12,111 nucleotides of DNA from an uncultured archaeon (GTDB lineage: Archaea; Asgardarchaeota; Thorarchaeia; Thorarchaeales; Thorarchaeaceae): contig CAYYQL010000055.1 in NCBI GenBank assembly GCA_964473825.1, positions 1-12,111 on the forward strand, given 5' to 3'. Position numbers and translations under genes: made by a program. The notes under the pieces were generated by a model, which worked only from the letters and a program-made list of their open reading frames with translations, did not search any database and was not told where the DNA came from. Shown piece by piece: positions 1 through 7,559 of the stretch (position 1 is the stretch's first letter; every line of letters starts with the position of its first letter).

Positions 1-2
1 AG

Positions 3-53
3 AATACACTGAACGAGAGAATTATTGGTATGATGAAAAAGGCTGCCGTCTAA
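3..53 (+). CDS. possible 3' end of a gene entering from the left edge (…NTLNERIIGMMKKAAV*)
   Basis: Frame 3 is open from the window edge to TAA 51..53, which overlaps the TAG of the convergent DUF2283 gene. It is too short to verify. Confidence 0.25.
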   Translation, partial: NTLNERIIGMMKKAAV

Positions 54-238
54 GGTTCCTTTGTCCCGACAACAGTAAGACCGATAGGCTGCCCATCCTT
101 GTATCGTACAACAATGCCATTTGGAATCATCTCGGAATCATCGGCTTCTTGGACAGGTCCAAAACTAACGTAGACTACATCGTTCTTCGAATCATATTTG
201 ATGTCCATATTCTCCAAGTCTACTACTATTTTGGTCAT
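50..238 (-). CDS. DUF2283 family protein (putative antitoxin), 62 aa
   Basis: The pattern IKYDSKNDVVYVSF…GIVVRYKDGQPIGLTV matches the DUF2283 signature (YD…D.lYi.f…gi.vd…G..iGiei). SD-like GAGGTG lies upstream, and the start overlaps the upstream relic's stop (ATGA). Confidence 0.85.
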   Translation of the reverse strand: MTKIVVDLENMDIKYDSKNDVVYVSFGPVQEADDSEMIPNGIVVRYKDGQPIGLTVVGTKEP

Positions 239-351
239 ATCACACCTCTCCTCTTGAAGGAATCTGGCTTCGACGTGATGAAGAGAGTCTTTATCCTATC
301 TCCTTCTATGTAGAAAACCGCTAAAAACTTGTCATCGTTGATATAAGATGT
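235..351 (-). pseudogene. C-terminal remnant of a DUF4258/RelE-like toxin
   Basis: Manual translation gives TSYINDDKFLAVFYIEGDRIKTLFITSKPDSFKRRGVI*. Its TGA overlaps the DUF2283 ATG. An in-frame TAG at 352..354 precedes it and no intact N-terminus is present. The sequence resembles C-termini of toxins found upstream of DUF2283 genes. Confidence 0.65.
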
Positions 352-381
352 CTACAGAGAGATCATCTAGGGTTGAAAATT

Positions 382-648
382 CTAGCTGTGTTCTTTGTGG
401 ACGTGGAATGGAGTATCAGACGACAGCCGGGTAAAACCAGTCTTAGCTGGAATCGCCTTCCCCGGCCCGAAGACGTACTTCGCAGGCTCGTAGTCGCAAT
501 CTAGGAGGGAGGCTCTCCACATATCCCGTCCGTGATAGGGGATACGATTGGCGCCGCCTCTGTGGGTGCTCATTTCTAGATACCGGCTGTAGATGTAGAA
601 GGCGATGGTGAGGATACCAGCACCGACTGTCAGATAGATTGGCAGCAT
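382..648 (-). CDS. small hypothetical protein with N-terminal transmembrane helix, 88 aa
   Basis: Hydrophobic residues ~3-20; ATG start; a BRE/TATA-like GAAAGGTTATAGG sits ~25 nt upstream, consistent with a leaderless archaeal mRNA. Confidence 0.6.
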   Translation of the reverse strand: MLPIYLTVGAGILTIAFYIYSRYLEMSTHRGGANRIPYHGRDMWRASLLDCDYEPAKYVFGPGKAIPAKTGFTRLSSDTPFHVHKEHS

Positions 649-673
649 GGTTGTTAACTATTGTGTACTACTG

Positions 674-686
674 CCTATAACCTTTC
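674..686 (-). promoter_or_regulatory. archaeal BRE + TATA box for the 382..648 gene
   Basis: The minus strand reads GAAAGGTTATAGG, ending 25 nt before the ATG at 648. Confidence 0.55.
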
Positions 687-888
687 CGTTAGCCTCAAAC
701 AGTCCATCATGTCCGGGCCAGCCTCATATGGTCTATGACGGTAGCTTCGAAGGCCTGTCTGTCAGCAGTGTTGACTGCGCTGGTCGCCGTTTGGGGAGTG
801 AAGCCAGTCTTTGTTTCCCTTGTTCACGAGGTAAGTATTCAGGTCCTAAAACATCAGATGCGATTCCAAACACCTTGAACCTCGAACT

Positions 889-908
889 TGATGAACGCGA
901 GTTCGTCA
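889..908. terminator. 8-bp stem-loop downstream of the ferredoxin stop
   Basis: TGATGAAC-GCGA-GTTCGTCA, about 18 nt past the ferredoxin stop codon. Confidence 0.3.
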
Positions 909-926
909 GTGTTTCGGCAGGGGTCC

Positions 927-1349
927 TTACTCTTTGATGCCCCACCAGTCCGGAACTTCGTGGTCCAACCACTCGGGATCAGGCGTGATTGCATCTTCTG
1001 TGTCCTTTCCAACACTGTCATGGAGCACACTATTGAATGTCTCACTTGCACTGACGGTCATGTCATTCTCCACGACTACCTGGCACGAGAGGAACACAGC
1101 GGGATGGTCGAACTGTGTCTGCCCCCGTTCTATCATTCTTTCAAACAGGGCCTGTTGTGCTTGGGTCTTCTTTGTCGGTACTCCCTTGTGAATGGTGACC
1201 CTGCAGGTCTTGCACTCAGCATTTCCCCCGCAGGTATGGACTATGTCGACCTCATGATCGATGAGGGCCCTGAGCAGCTTTGTCCCGCTCTCCACCTCAA
1301 ACTCCTTTAGCACGTGACCCATGAAATCGACAACTGTTACTTTTGGCAT
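927..1349 (-). CDS. 2Fe-2S ferredoxin-type (Fer2) protein, 140 aa
   Basis: C-x5-C-x2-C motif (CGGNAECKTC) plus a distal LSCQ cysteine; beta-grasp-type N-terminus (PKVTV…FEVESGTKLLRAL); acidic, Pro/Trp-rich C-terminal extension. Confidence 0.92.
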   Translation of the reverse strand: MPKVTVVDFMGHVLKEFEVESGTKLLRALIDHEVDIVHTCGGNAECKTCRVTIHKGVPTKKTQAQQALFERMIERGQTQFDHPAVFLSCQVVVENDMTVSASETFNSVLHDSVGKDTEDAITPDPEWLDHEVPDWWGIKE

Positions 1350-1497
1350 GACCTAAACACTGGCACTTCGTCACTGAAATGTGTTGTGTGGGATATGTCA
1401 GTCAACCTTTCTCCTGATCTGGTCAACGCCGGGATGCCCTCATCTCTGGTGATGCTTCGTTGCTTCATCCTCTCACTAGCGTGTTCTGTGAAGACAA

Positions 1498-1722
1498 TCA
1501 AGCCGTAGCAACCTCAGCGACCAGCTCTTCCTCCCGAAGCCTCACCAGCCGCTTGAGATCTAGATCTTTCTTTGAAAAGGCAAGGATCTCAATACCACAG
1601 ATAGAACCATTTGCGTCGTAGTCGACAACTACCCCGTCAGAGATCTCCACACACTCCGCCACCTTCTCCCCTCTCAGCCTGAAGTAGACGGCATCTGCAA
1701 CCTGGTCATACTCTACCTGCAT
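1498..1722 (-). CDS. DUF2283 family protein (putative antitoxin), 74 aa
   Basis: MQVEYDQVADAVYFRL…EISDGVVVDYDANGSICGIEILAFSK is a close match to the DUF2283 pattern; GGTGG SD-like motif upstream. Confidence 0.92.
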   Translation of the reverse strand: MQVEYDQVADAVYFRLRGEKVAECVEISDGVVVDYDANGSICGIEILAFSKKDLDLKRLVRLREEELVAEVATA

Positions 1723-1956
1723 TGAAAGACCACCGTACTAATTCTTCCTGACATCTTTTCATCACCCTCTTTGCTGTTAAACTTGCAGTTTCTACTCTCT
1801 GTTTGGCAGCCACGGACCGCACCTGCTTCTCTTGAATGTCGGGCAAGCATCCGGGGCTGTAGATCCTATGAGCCATTACGGGCATCAGATACCTCGTGTG
1901 CTATTCTTAAGAACTGATAATGGTTGAAGACTAAACTCGCCTTAGTGGCAGAGCTA

Positions 1957-2271
1957 TCACTCTCGTGGAACACGGACACCAGACGTCCTGATGATATCAG
2001 TACTCAAGACCGCAAGCATGAGGATGTCAGGCCATATCCACGTCAGGAGCTCAGGTAGGCTGTCGGCGACCGCAGTGCCATCGAGAATCGGAGCTGTGAG
2101 TAATATACCGTTGAGAAATGAACATGAAATGACGATGCCAAGGAGGATTAGTGATCTCACCCGAAAACCGCGCTCGTCTTCCATCCAATGGTTCCTGTAG
2201 AGCAGATACGTGACACCCAGAATCAGGATGATGTAGGTGAGGAGCGGGAAATAGCCCACAATTGCTGTCAT
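1957..2271 (-). CDS. hypothetical integral membrane protein (~3 TM), 104 aa
   Basis: Three hydrophobic segments; GGAGGT SD at 2280..2285, 8 nt before the ATG. Confidence 0.75.
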   Translation of the reverse strand: MTAIVGYFPLLTYIILILGVTYLLYRNHWMEDERGFRVRSLILLGIVISCSFLNGILLTAPILDGTAVADSLPELLTWIWPDILMLAVLSTDIIRTSGVRVPRE

Positions 2272-2287
2272 GCTGATGAACCTCCGA

Positions 2288-2355
2288 CGTTACATGATCG
2301 GTGTGACTATGCGTCACAATACATTCTTCACCTCTGCTAATGAGTTCTTGCCTCT
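2288..2355 (-). pseudogene. frameshifted fragment of a metallo-beta-lactamase-fold hydrolase
   Basis: RGKNSLAEVKNV in one frame is followed, after a 1-nt shift near 2318, by VTHSHTDHV. The HxHxDH motif is at 2294..2311. Confidence 0.4.
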
Positions 2356-2466
2356 GCGGGGACTCTGTCGTGAAAGAGGCGGAAGGGATGTGAACCAGAT
2401 CGCTTACTTGGTCGTTGATTCTCCTGAAGGTCGTATTGCTCGCTGCAAGTCATCAAGAAGGGGAAA

Positions 2467-2490
2467 AGAGGGGGCCATAAGGCCCCATCT
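2467..2490 (-). terminator. GC-rich hairpin followed by a pyrimidine tract, probable terminator of the 2522..3319 gene
   Basis: GGGGCC-ATAA-GGCCCC (2471..2486) with outer AGA/TCT pairing; the minus strand continues CTCTTTTCCCCTTCTT. Confidence 0.55.
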
Positions 2491-2521
2491 AACAGACACG
2501 ACCTACATCTGCTTATCCTGG

Positions 2522-3319
2522 CTATACGGTGTCCTGTGACCACCAACAGCAGACAGCTGAGTATAACAACATGAAGCACATCGACGTGAACCATATATCA
2601 CCCAGGAATTCTCTAGGTGCCACAAACAGGATTCCCATCACAATCGCAGATTCCATGAGAACGAAAGTGATGCCGAAGTCCCAGAAGCGACTCGGGATAC
2701 CGTGGCCAGAATGTTTTTGGACGAACCTGTCGGAGTCTGCCATCAGCTCCCTCACTATCTTACCAGTCCAGTCGTTTCTCTCCATGAGCATCTCCAGTGC
2801 CTTGGCGGCGACCCTACTTCGGAATCCGTCTGTGCAATCTCTATTCTGAATCAGCTCCGCAAGGTATCTCTCCACCAGCCACTGCTGATGTCCGCGGCGC
2901 TGGAGATTCTCGACGATTCTCTTACTGCGTCTTTGGGCTCTTCCTTTCACAGTAAAAGAGGCAGAGGCGATTGGCGCACAAAAGCCCAAGAACACAAGGA
3001 TCATGGGCGGAAGGAAGAACAGATACACAAAGTCGGTGATCATAGGTAGGAGCAGAAGTATACGGGATATGATCGTGAGAACGAATATGGCCATCAGAGT
3101 CCCCTCCACATAGTTTGGATTACTGGCGAGTCTTCTGCCCGTGCGTCCGAGCCAAGAATGCTCCATCTCATATTGTCGTTCTCTGTCGTATGCCACCACT
3201 GTAAAGACATAGAACAGACTGACCTGCACGGCCAGCACCAATAAGGAAACGTAGAGATAGAAGCTCAACCATACCACCCTCTGGGCTGCATATGCAGCAT
3301 CAGCCCGCAAGCAGACCAC
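2522..3319 (-). CDS. hypothetical multi-pass membrane protein (~5 TM with a central soluble helical region)
   Basis: 265-codon ORF with 3 N-terminal and 2 C-terminal hydrophobic stretches. The start is uncertain; TTG at 3268, behind a GAGGGTG SD-like motif, is a plausible alternative. Confidence 0.75.
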   Translation of the reverse strand: MVCLRADAAYAAQRVVWLSFYLYVSLLVLAVQVSLFYVFTVVAYDRERQYEMEHSWLGRTGRRLASNPNYVEGTLMAIFVLTIISRILLLLPMITDFVYLFFLPPMILVFLGFCAPIASASFTVKGRAQRRSKRIVENLQRRGHQQWLVERYLAELIQNRDCTDGFRSRVAAKALEMLMERNDWTGKIVRELMADSDRFVQKHSGHGIPSRFWDFGITFVLMESAIVMGILFVAPREFLGDIWFTSMCFMLLYSAVCCWWSQDTV

Positions 3320-3334
3320 TGCTCACATTGCCCT

Positions 3335-3352
3335 AATCGCATATATGCGATT
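3335..3352. promoter_or_regulatory. perfect 18-bp palindrome with a TA-rich centre (candidate operator/TATA)
   Basis: AATCGCATATATGCGATT, upstream of the 2522..3319 gene; outer arms CTCAC/GTGAG and GCCC/GGGC extend it imperfectly to 3322..3366. Confidence 0.5.
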
Positions 3353-3523
3353 CTATGGGCGGTGAGAGTTAGCTCGTCCGACGCTGACCATCTTGGCACG
3401 GATTGGGATGTTACATAGAGATGGCCTCGTCTGATAGGCAGTCGCCACTAGAAATGGTTCTCTTGACGGCAGAGGCGGTCTTCTGTTCTGAGGTTCTGTT
3501 TTCGTTTGTGTTATTCACCTTTC

Positions 3524-5320
3524 TCATTTCCGTTCTTCCTTCAGAAGGGTCTCCAGCTGTTCAACTACATGTTCAGCATGTCGAATACCCCTTTCCCAGA
3601 ATCGCTCTGAGGTAATATCGAATCCCACTTCTCCCAAGAGCTCTTTTGGACTCCCTGCACCGCCGGACCGCAGAATCATCTTGAGTTTTGGAACAAAGGC
3701 TTGGTCCTCCCTTCTGTACTCCTCATACAGAGCATAGGTCAGGAGCTGGCCGAATGCGTATGGGAAGTTGTAGAGTCTTCTGTTAGACATGAAGGGGTGT
3801 CGCGAGGCTGCCCATCTCCATTCAGAATCATCTGTCCATTCGATTTCATCGCCAAACACTTCATCTCTGCATTCCTTCCAGAGCATTCCGATGTCTTCAA
3901 CATCCAGATATCGATCTTGACTGATTATATCGTACGTCCGCTTCTCGAACTCGAAACGGACTTGTGAGAAATAGACAAGGTTGATGAGCTTGTCCAGCAT
4001 CCTGCAAAGAACGCTGATCTTCTCCCCGTTCTCGGTCTGCGAGATCAAAAAGTCAAGAAGAAGTAGTTCTCCGAAGACACTCGCTGTTTCACTCATGCAT
4101 AACCCCGGACGCCAGTTGAGAACCGAGTTTGTCTGGGCGCTAAGATATGAATGCACGCCATGACCCATCTCATGTGCGAGTGTGATGATATCCCTCAAGT
4201 TTCCTGTGAAATGGAGAGTGATCCATGACGTGTTGGGTTTGTGGAAAGAATACGCGCTTCCCGAGGATATCTTTTCTGGGCGCGTCTTCGCATCAATCCG
4301 TTCCTCATTGAAGAGTCCATCCACCCACGCACCAATACCAGAATCGAACTGAGAATAAGCATTGACCACCATGGCTCGTGCATCAGACCATGAATAGCCA
4401 GCCTGTGTGCTGTCAACTGGAGCAAAGAGGTCCCATGAACCCAGCCGGTCAATATGCAATAGTGCGGCCTTCACCTTGAAGTACCGTCGCATGATATGTA
4501 GACTACCTTTGATGGTTTTCTCCAAGGCTTGCAACGATTCAATGCCAATGCTCTCCCGGTGTAAGGCTGGTGCCAACATATCTTGCCACTGTCTCTTGCG
4601 CATCTCACTCACATAGCTCCGACTGATGGCTCGATACGCATGACAGAGAGGGATCTTGTGACTAGCAAGCAGATTGTGAAGACCTTGAGACGCTTGCTTG
4701 CGATCCTCCCGTACTGGAGAATTCCTTATCAGCAGCAGCAAATCAACGACTGAGTATTCCTTCTCCTGTTCGTTTAGTGTCAATCTTCGAGTACTTGACC
4801 TGATTATCTCTGAGTGTAGCTCGGTCCAAGCATCTTTTCCGTGGAGATGCATCTCCCGCATCAATCTCTCTTCCTCGTCTGTGAGAAAATGCGCGCTTCT
4901 CTCTCTCATTCTTGAGAGATAGTAACGATACGGTTTCAGCTCTTCCGAGTCCAATATGCCCGGATTCCGACTGAGCAACTTGACGGTTTCTGACCGAAAG
5001 GATGCATAGACAGACTCGATTCTCGAGTATCGTTTTTCAGCATACTCGACGAGCCCCCTTGTGTCCGGCTTTTTGATGCTGTCGATCTTCTTCATCCAAC
5101 AGTAGTTGCGTATTCTGTATACTTCACGCATGAACCTCTCGAGTTCTTCGAATGCCTCTCTCAAGGCGTCAGGTCCAAGAGACTGCGCATTCTGTCTGTA
5201 TGTGCCCTCGAACTCCTCCCCCTCTATCACGTAGGAGTCTATCTCTTCTCTTATTGCATCACTCTCCACACTCTTGACCAGGGGAGAGATATCCCATTCA
5301 GGGATTGAATCATCTGTCAT
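3524..5320 (-). CDS. pepF: M3B family oligoendopeptidase F
   Basis: ~600 aa; TLAHEMGH zinc motif (HEMGH at 4160..4174); SETASVFGE third-ligand motif; N-terminal PEWDIS; WDLFAP; YNFPYAFG. The start is placed at ATG 5320 behind a GGGGTG SD (the ORF track starts at GTG 5329). Confidence 0.95.
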   Translation of the reverse strand: MTDDSIPEWDISPLVKSVESDAIREEIDSYVIEGEEFEGTYRQNAQSLGPDALREAFEELERFMREVYRIRNYCWMKKIDSIKKPDTRGLVEYAEKRYSRIESVYASFRSETVKLLSRNPGILDSEELKPYRYYLSRMRERSAHFLTDEEERLMREMHLHGKDAWTELHSEIIRSSTRRLTLNEQEKEYSVVDLLLLIRNSPVREDRKQASQGLHNLLASHKIPLCHAYRAISRSYVSEMRKRQWQDMLAPALHRESIGIESLQALEKTIKGSLHIMRRYFKVKAALLHIDRLGSWDLFAPVDSTQAGYSWSDARAMVVNAYSQFDSGIGAWVDGLFNEERIDAKTRPEKISSGSAYSFHKPNTSWITLHFTGNLRDIITLAHEMGHGVHSYLSAQTNSVLNWRPGLCMSETASVFGELLLLDFLISQTENGEKISVLCRMLDKLINLVYFSQVRFEFEKRTYDIISQDRYLDVEDIGMLWKECRDEVFGDEIEWTDDSEWRWAASRHPFMSNRRLYNFPYAFGQLLTYALYEEYRREDQAFVPKLKMILRSGGAGSPKELLGEVGFDITSERFWERGIRHAEHVVEQLETLLKEERK

Positions 5321-5392
5321 CACAAACACCCCACAATAGCCTAATCTCAGTTAGGAAGGGCGGTATGATATATCCGTTTCGAGTGGGAGAGA
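5241..5392 (-). repeat. direct repeat copy 1 (pepF promoter + first 29 codons)
   Basis: Ungapped alignment to 7688..7839 at offset 2447; 11 mismatches in 152 bp by manual count. Confidence 0.97.
5364..5381 (-). promoter_or_regulatory. BRE/TATA-like promoter of pepF
   Basis: The minus strand reads CGAAACGGATATATCATA; the second repeat copy has CGAAAGGGATATATCATA at 7811..7828. Confidence 0.55.
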
Positions 5393-5426
5393 TATGATGG
5401 ACAGTCACAAGTTCGAAGACGGAGCT

Positions 5427-7499
5427 CTAACTGAGATCCAGTCCTGTGTGCTTTGCATGAAAGAGAACTTGGTTTGTTCGTATCTCTACTAGCTTCTCTG
5501 TAGACAGTCCATCTCCATGACCTGCCTCATGATCGACACTCAGTAGAATAGGTCGATTTGTAATCTCAGACCTAGTAGCAGTTTGCATTTTTGCTGCCAT
5601 TTTCATTGCATGAGTTGGGTCACAACGGATATCGCCCAAGGCAGTGTATAGAAGAACAGCAGGATAGGAAGTGTCTTCGATGACATGGTGATATGGGCTA
5701 TAGGAGAAAAGCCAGCCGAATTCCTCTTCAACCTCAGGATTACCAAATTCAGACATCCATATCTTTGCCAGAGTGAATTTGGTATATCGTACCATATCCA
5801 ACAACGGAACTGCGCAGTAGACCGATGAGAATAGGTCAGGTCGTTGAACAGCAACTGCACCAACAAGCAGGCCTCCAGCGCTCCGCCCCATTATGGCCGT
5901 GGTTTCTGGTGATCCATACCCATTATTGTGGAGCCATTCAGCAGCAGCGATGAAATCATCGAAACCATTCTGCTTGTTCTCCCGACATCCGTTCTCGTGC
6001 CACTCCTCACCAAACTCTCCACCTCCTCTGATATTGGGAATGGCGAGAACACCTCCCTTTTCAAGCCAGATCATATACTCTGGAAAGAATCGTGGTGTAT
6101 ATGAGATTCCACCATTTCCATATCCCCGAATCAATATGGGCGTCTTGTTGCTCGCTTCTGTGCTCACTGCCGATATGAGAAACATCGGCACTCCTGTACT
6201 GTCCCTCGACTCGTACCATACTTGTTCTACTCTGAAATCATTGGGGTCAAGGTTCACACTGGGTGAGAAGAATAATCCCAGTTTCCCGTTGATCTCATAT
6301 GACATGATGGAATCAGGTTGTACGAAGGAATGAACAGACAGGTACAGCTTGTTTGTCCTCGGGCAGGCTGCTATTGAATACACGGAGACGGGCTTATTGA
6401 ACTCGATCGTATCAATGAGATCTCCGGATGTCAAGTCATGGATACGAACTTCATGACTAGCATTTGTGAGGACGGGATATGCAAGATATCCATCAGCCGA
6501 AATCGGCCAATGCTCCATTGCAGACGCTCCCTCTTCAACCACAACAGTTCCTTCTGGAGTTTCATGCCGTTTTTCTATGTCATCCAGACTGAACCGGAGT
6601 ATCTTTCCTTTAGCTGCGTCCACAAGAGTTACTAGGTACACATGTTCGGCCGCTAGCTGAGCAAAAGTGGGTGCAGACTTGCTTTCGAGGAGGGGAATCA
6701 GTTTCCAGTCCTCAGATTCTCGAGTAACGTAGATGTCAGATGAGGCATATCTCCATGCGATGATAAGAAGCCAGTCATGGTCAGGATGGGTGAAGAGATA
6801 GGGCATCTCCGTGGGTTCTCTTCCGTCTCCGAAGACCTTCAGATCATCTCTGTAGTCCGAACCAAGTTGATGGTAGTACACATGTCTGTAATAGTTCTCA
6901 TTCTCTTTCCTAACAGCACCAAGCAGGGGGTATCGAGTGTAGTAGAAACCAGTGTTTGTCTTATTCCAACCCAGACTGGTCCATCTCGTCTTGGGTATCA
7001 CGTCACTCAACTTAGAGTTATTCCGGATGTCATAGACATACAGAACACTATCCTCAGTGCCCAATTCAGAGAGCCCATAGGCAACATATCGTCCATCCCA
7101 CGAGGGGAAGAACCAGTCAACAGCAACTGTACCATCTGACCGTAGTGTCGCGGGGTTGATGAGTTCTTGGCGAGAGCCCTTCTCCCCATCCTGATAACAG
7201 AGCACTGGTTGAACGTAGTCCGGGTGCTTGTAAAGGTAGAAGAACCTAGAGGCCTCTTTCGTATCGCGAATGACGAGGGCCGATATAGATTCGGCTTTCA
7301 GAAGATGCTCAGTTCTCCTACTGATAGTTTTCCTCCCAGGATAGGACCTCAGGATTTTATCTGTCAGTTGGTTCTGTCTGTCAATCCATTCCTGTACTTC
7401 TGGACTAGACACATCTTCTAACCATCGGTAGAGATCCTCAATCTTGACACCATGGTAATAGTCGATCGTATCGTCCTTTATCGTTTCAGGGTACACCAA
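5427..7499 (-). CDS. S9A prolyl oligopeptidase family serine peptidase, 690 aa
   Basis: N-terminal YHGVKIEDLYRWLE; beta-propeller region; NIRGGGEFGEEWH; DDFIAAAEWL; catalytic triad Ser (GRSAGG, 5871..5888), Asp (GDIRC), His (AGHG). TTG start behind a GAGGT SD; no signal peptide. Confidence 0.97.
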   Translation of the reverse strand: MVYPETIKDDTIDYYHGVKIEDLYRWLEDVSSPEVQEWIDRQNQLTDKILRSYPGRKTISRRTEHLLKAESISALVIRDTKEASRFFYLYKHPDYVQPVLCYQDGEKGSRQELINPATLRSDGTVAVDWFFPSWDGRYVAYGLSELGTEDSVLYVYDIRNNSKLSDVIPKTRWTSLGWNKTNTGFYYTRYPLLGAVRKENENYYRHVYYHQLGSDYRDDLKVFGDGREPTEMPYLFTHPDHDWLLIIAWRYASSDIYVTRESEDWKLIPLLESKSAPTFAQLAAEHVYLVTLVDAAKGKILRFSLDDIEKRHETPEGTVVVEEGASAMEHWPISADGYLAYPVLTNASHEVRIHDLTSGDLIDTIEFNKPVSVYSIAACPRTNKLYLSVHSFVQPDSIMSYEINGKLGLFFSPSVNLDPNDFRVEQVWYESRDSTGVPMFLISAVSTEASNKTPILIRGYGNGGISYTPRFFPEYMIWLEKGGVLAIPNIRGGGEFGEEWHENGCRENKQNGFDDFIAAAEWLHNNGYGSPETTAIMGRSAGGLLVGAVAVQRPDLFSSVYCAVPLLDMVRYTKFTLAKIWMSEFGNPEVEEEFGWLFSYSPYHHVIEDTSYPAVLLYTALGDIRCDPTHAMKMAAKMQTATRSEITNRPILLSVDHEAGHGDGLSTEKLVEIRTNQVLFHAKHTGLDLS

Positions 7500-7535
7500 T
7501 ATTATACCTCTCCCTTGTTTTCAAACTTTAGATCA

Positions 7536-7559
7536 GATTCACTCATATGAAGATGAATC
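7536..7559. promoter_or_regulatory. imperfect palindrome upstream of the POP gene
   Basis: GATTCA-c-TCATATGA-aga-TGAATC, ~37-60 nt before the POP start, spanning the stop codon of the pepF fragment. Confidence 0.35.

Noticed and set aside
235-648. Three in-frame TAG codons (382..384, 367..369, 352..354) joining the 88-aa ORF to the toxin relic, suggesting amber/pyrrolysine readthrough
   Set aside because: TAG is used as a normal stop at the expected end of POP (5427) and DUF2283 (50), the long ORFs have no internal TAGs, and the fused product makes no domain sense.
647-1310. Overlapping ORFs 647..937+, 733..972-, 854..1051-, 888..1310+, 934..1191+
   Set aside because: These are shadow or alternate-frame ORFs around the ferredoxin with no recognisable motifs.
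2337-2594. 85-aa ORF as a frameshifted continuation of the 265-aa membrane protein
   Set aside because: It runs through a terminator-like hairpin, and the main ORF ends naturally after a TM helix.
3317-3328. In-frame ATG-TGA just before the GTG of the 265-aa ORF (possible selenocysteine)
   Set aside because: No redox motif context or identifiable SECIS element, and a downstream TTG start with an SD is more plausible.
50-3523. Integron cassette array (co-oriented small genes, TA genes)
   Set aside because: No paired RYYYAAC/GTTRRRY attC boundaries at suitable spacing; only an isolated ATCTAAC at 2487..2493. No integrase is present, and the genes carry their own promoters.
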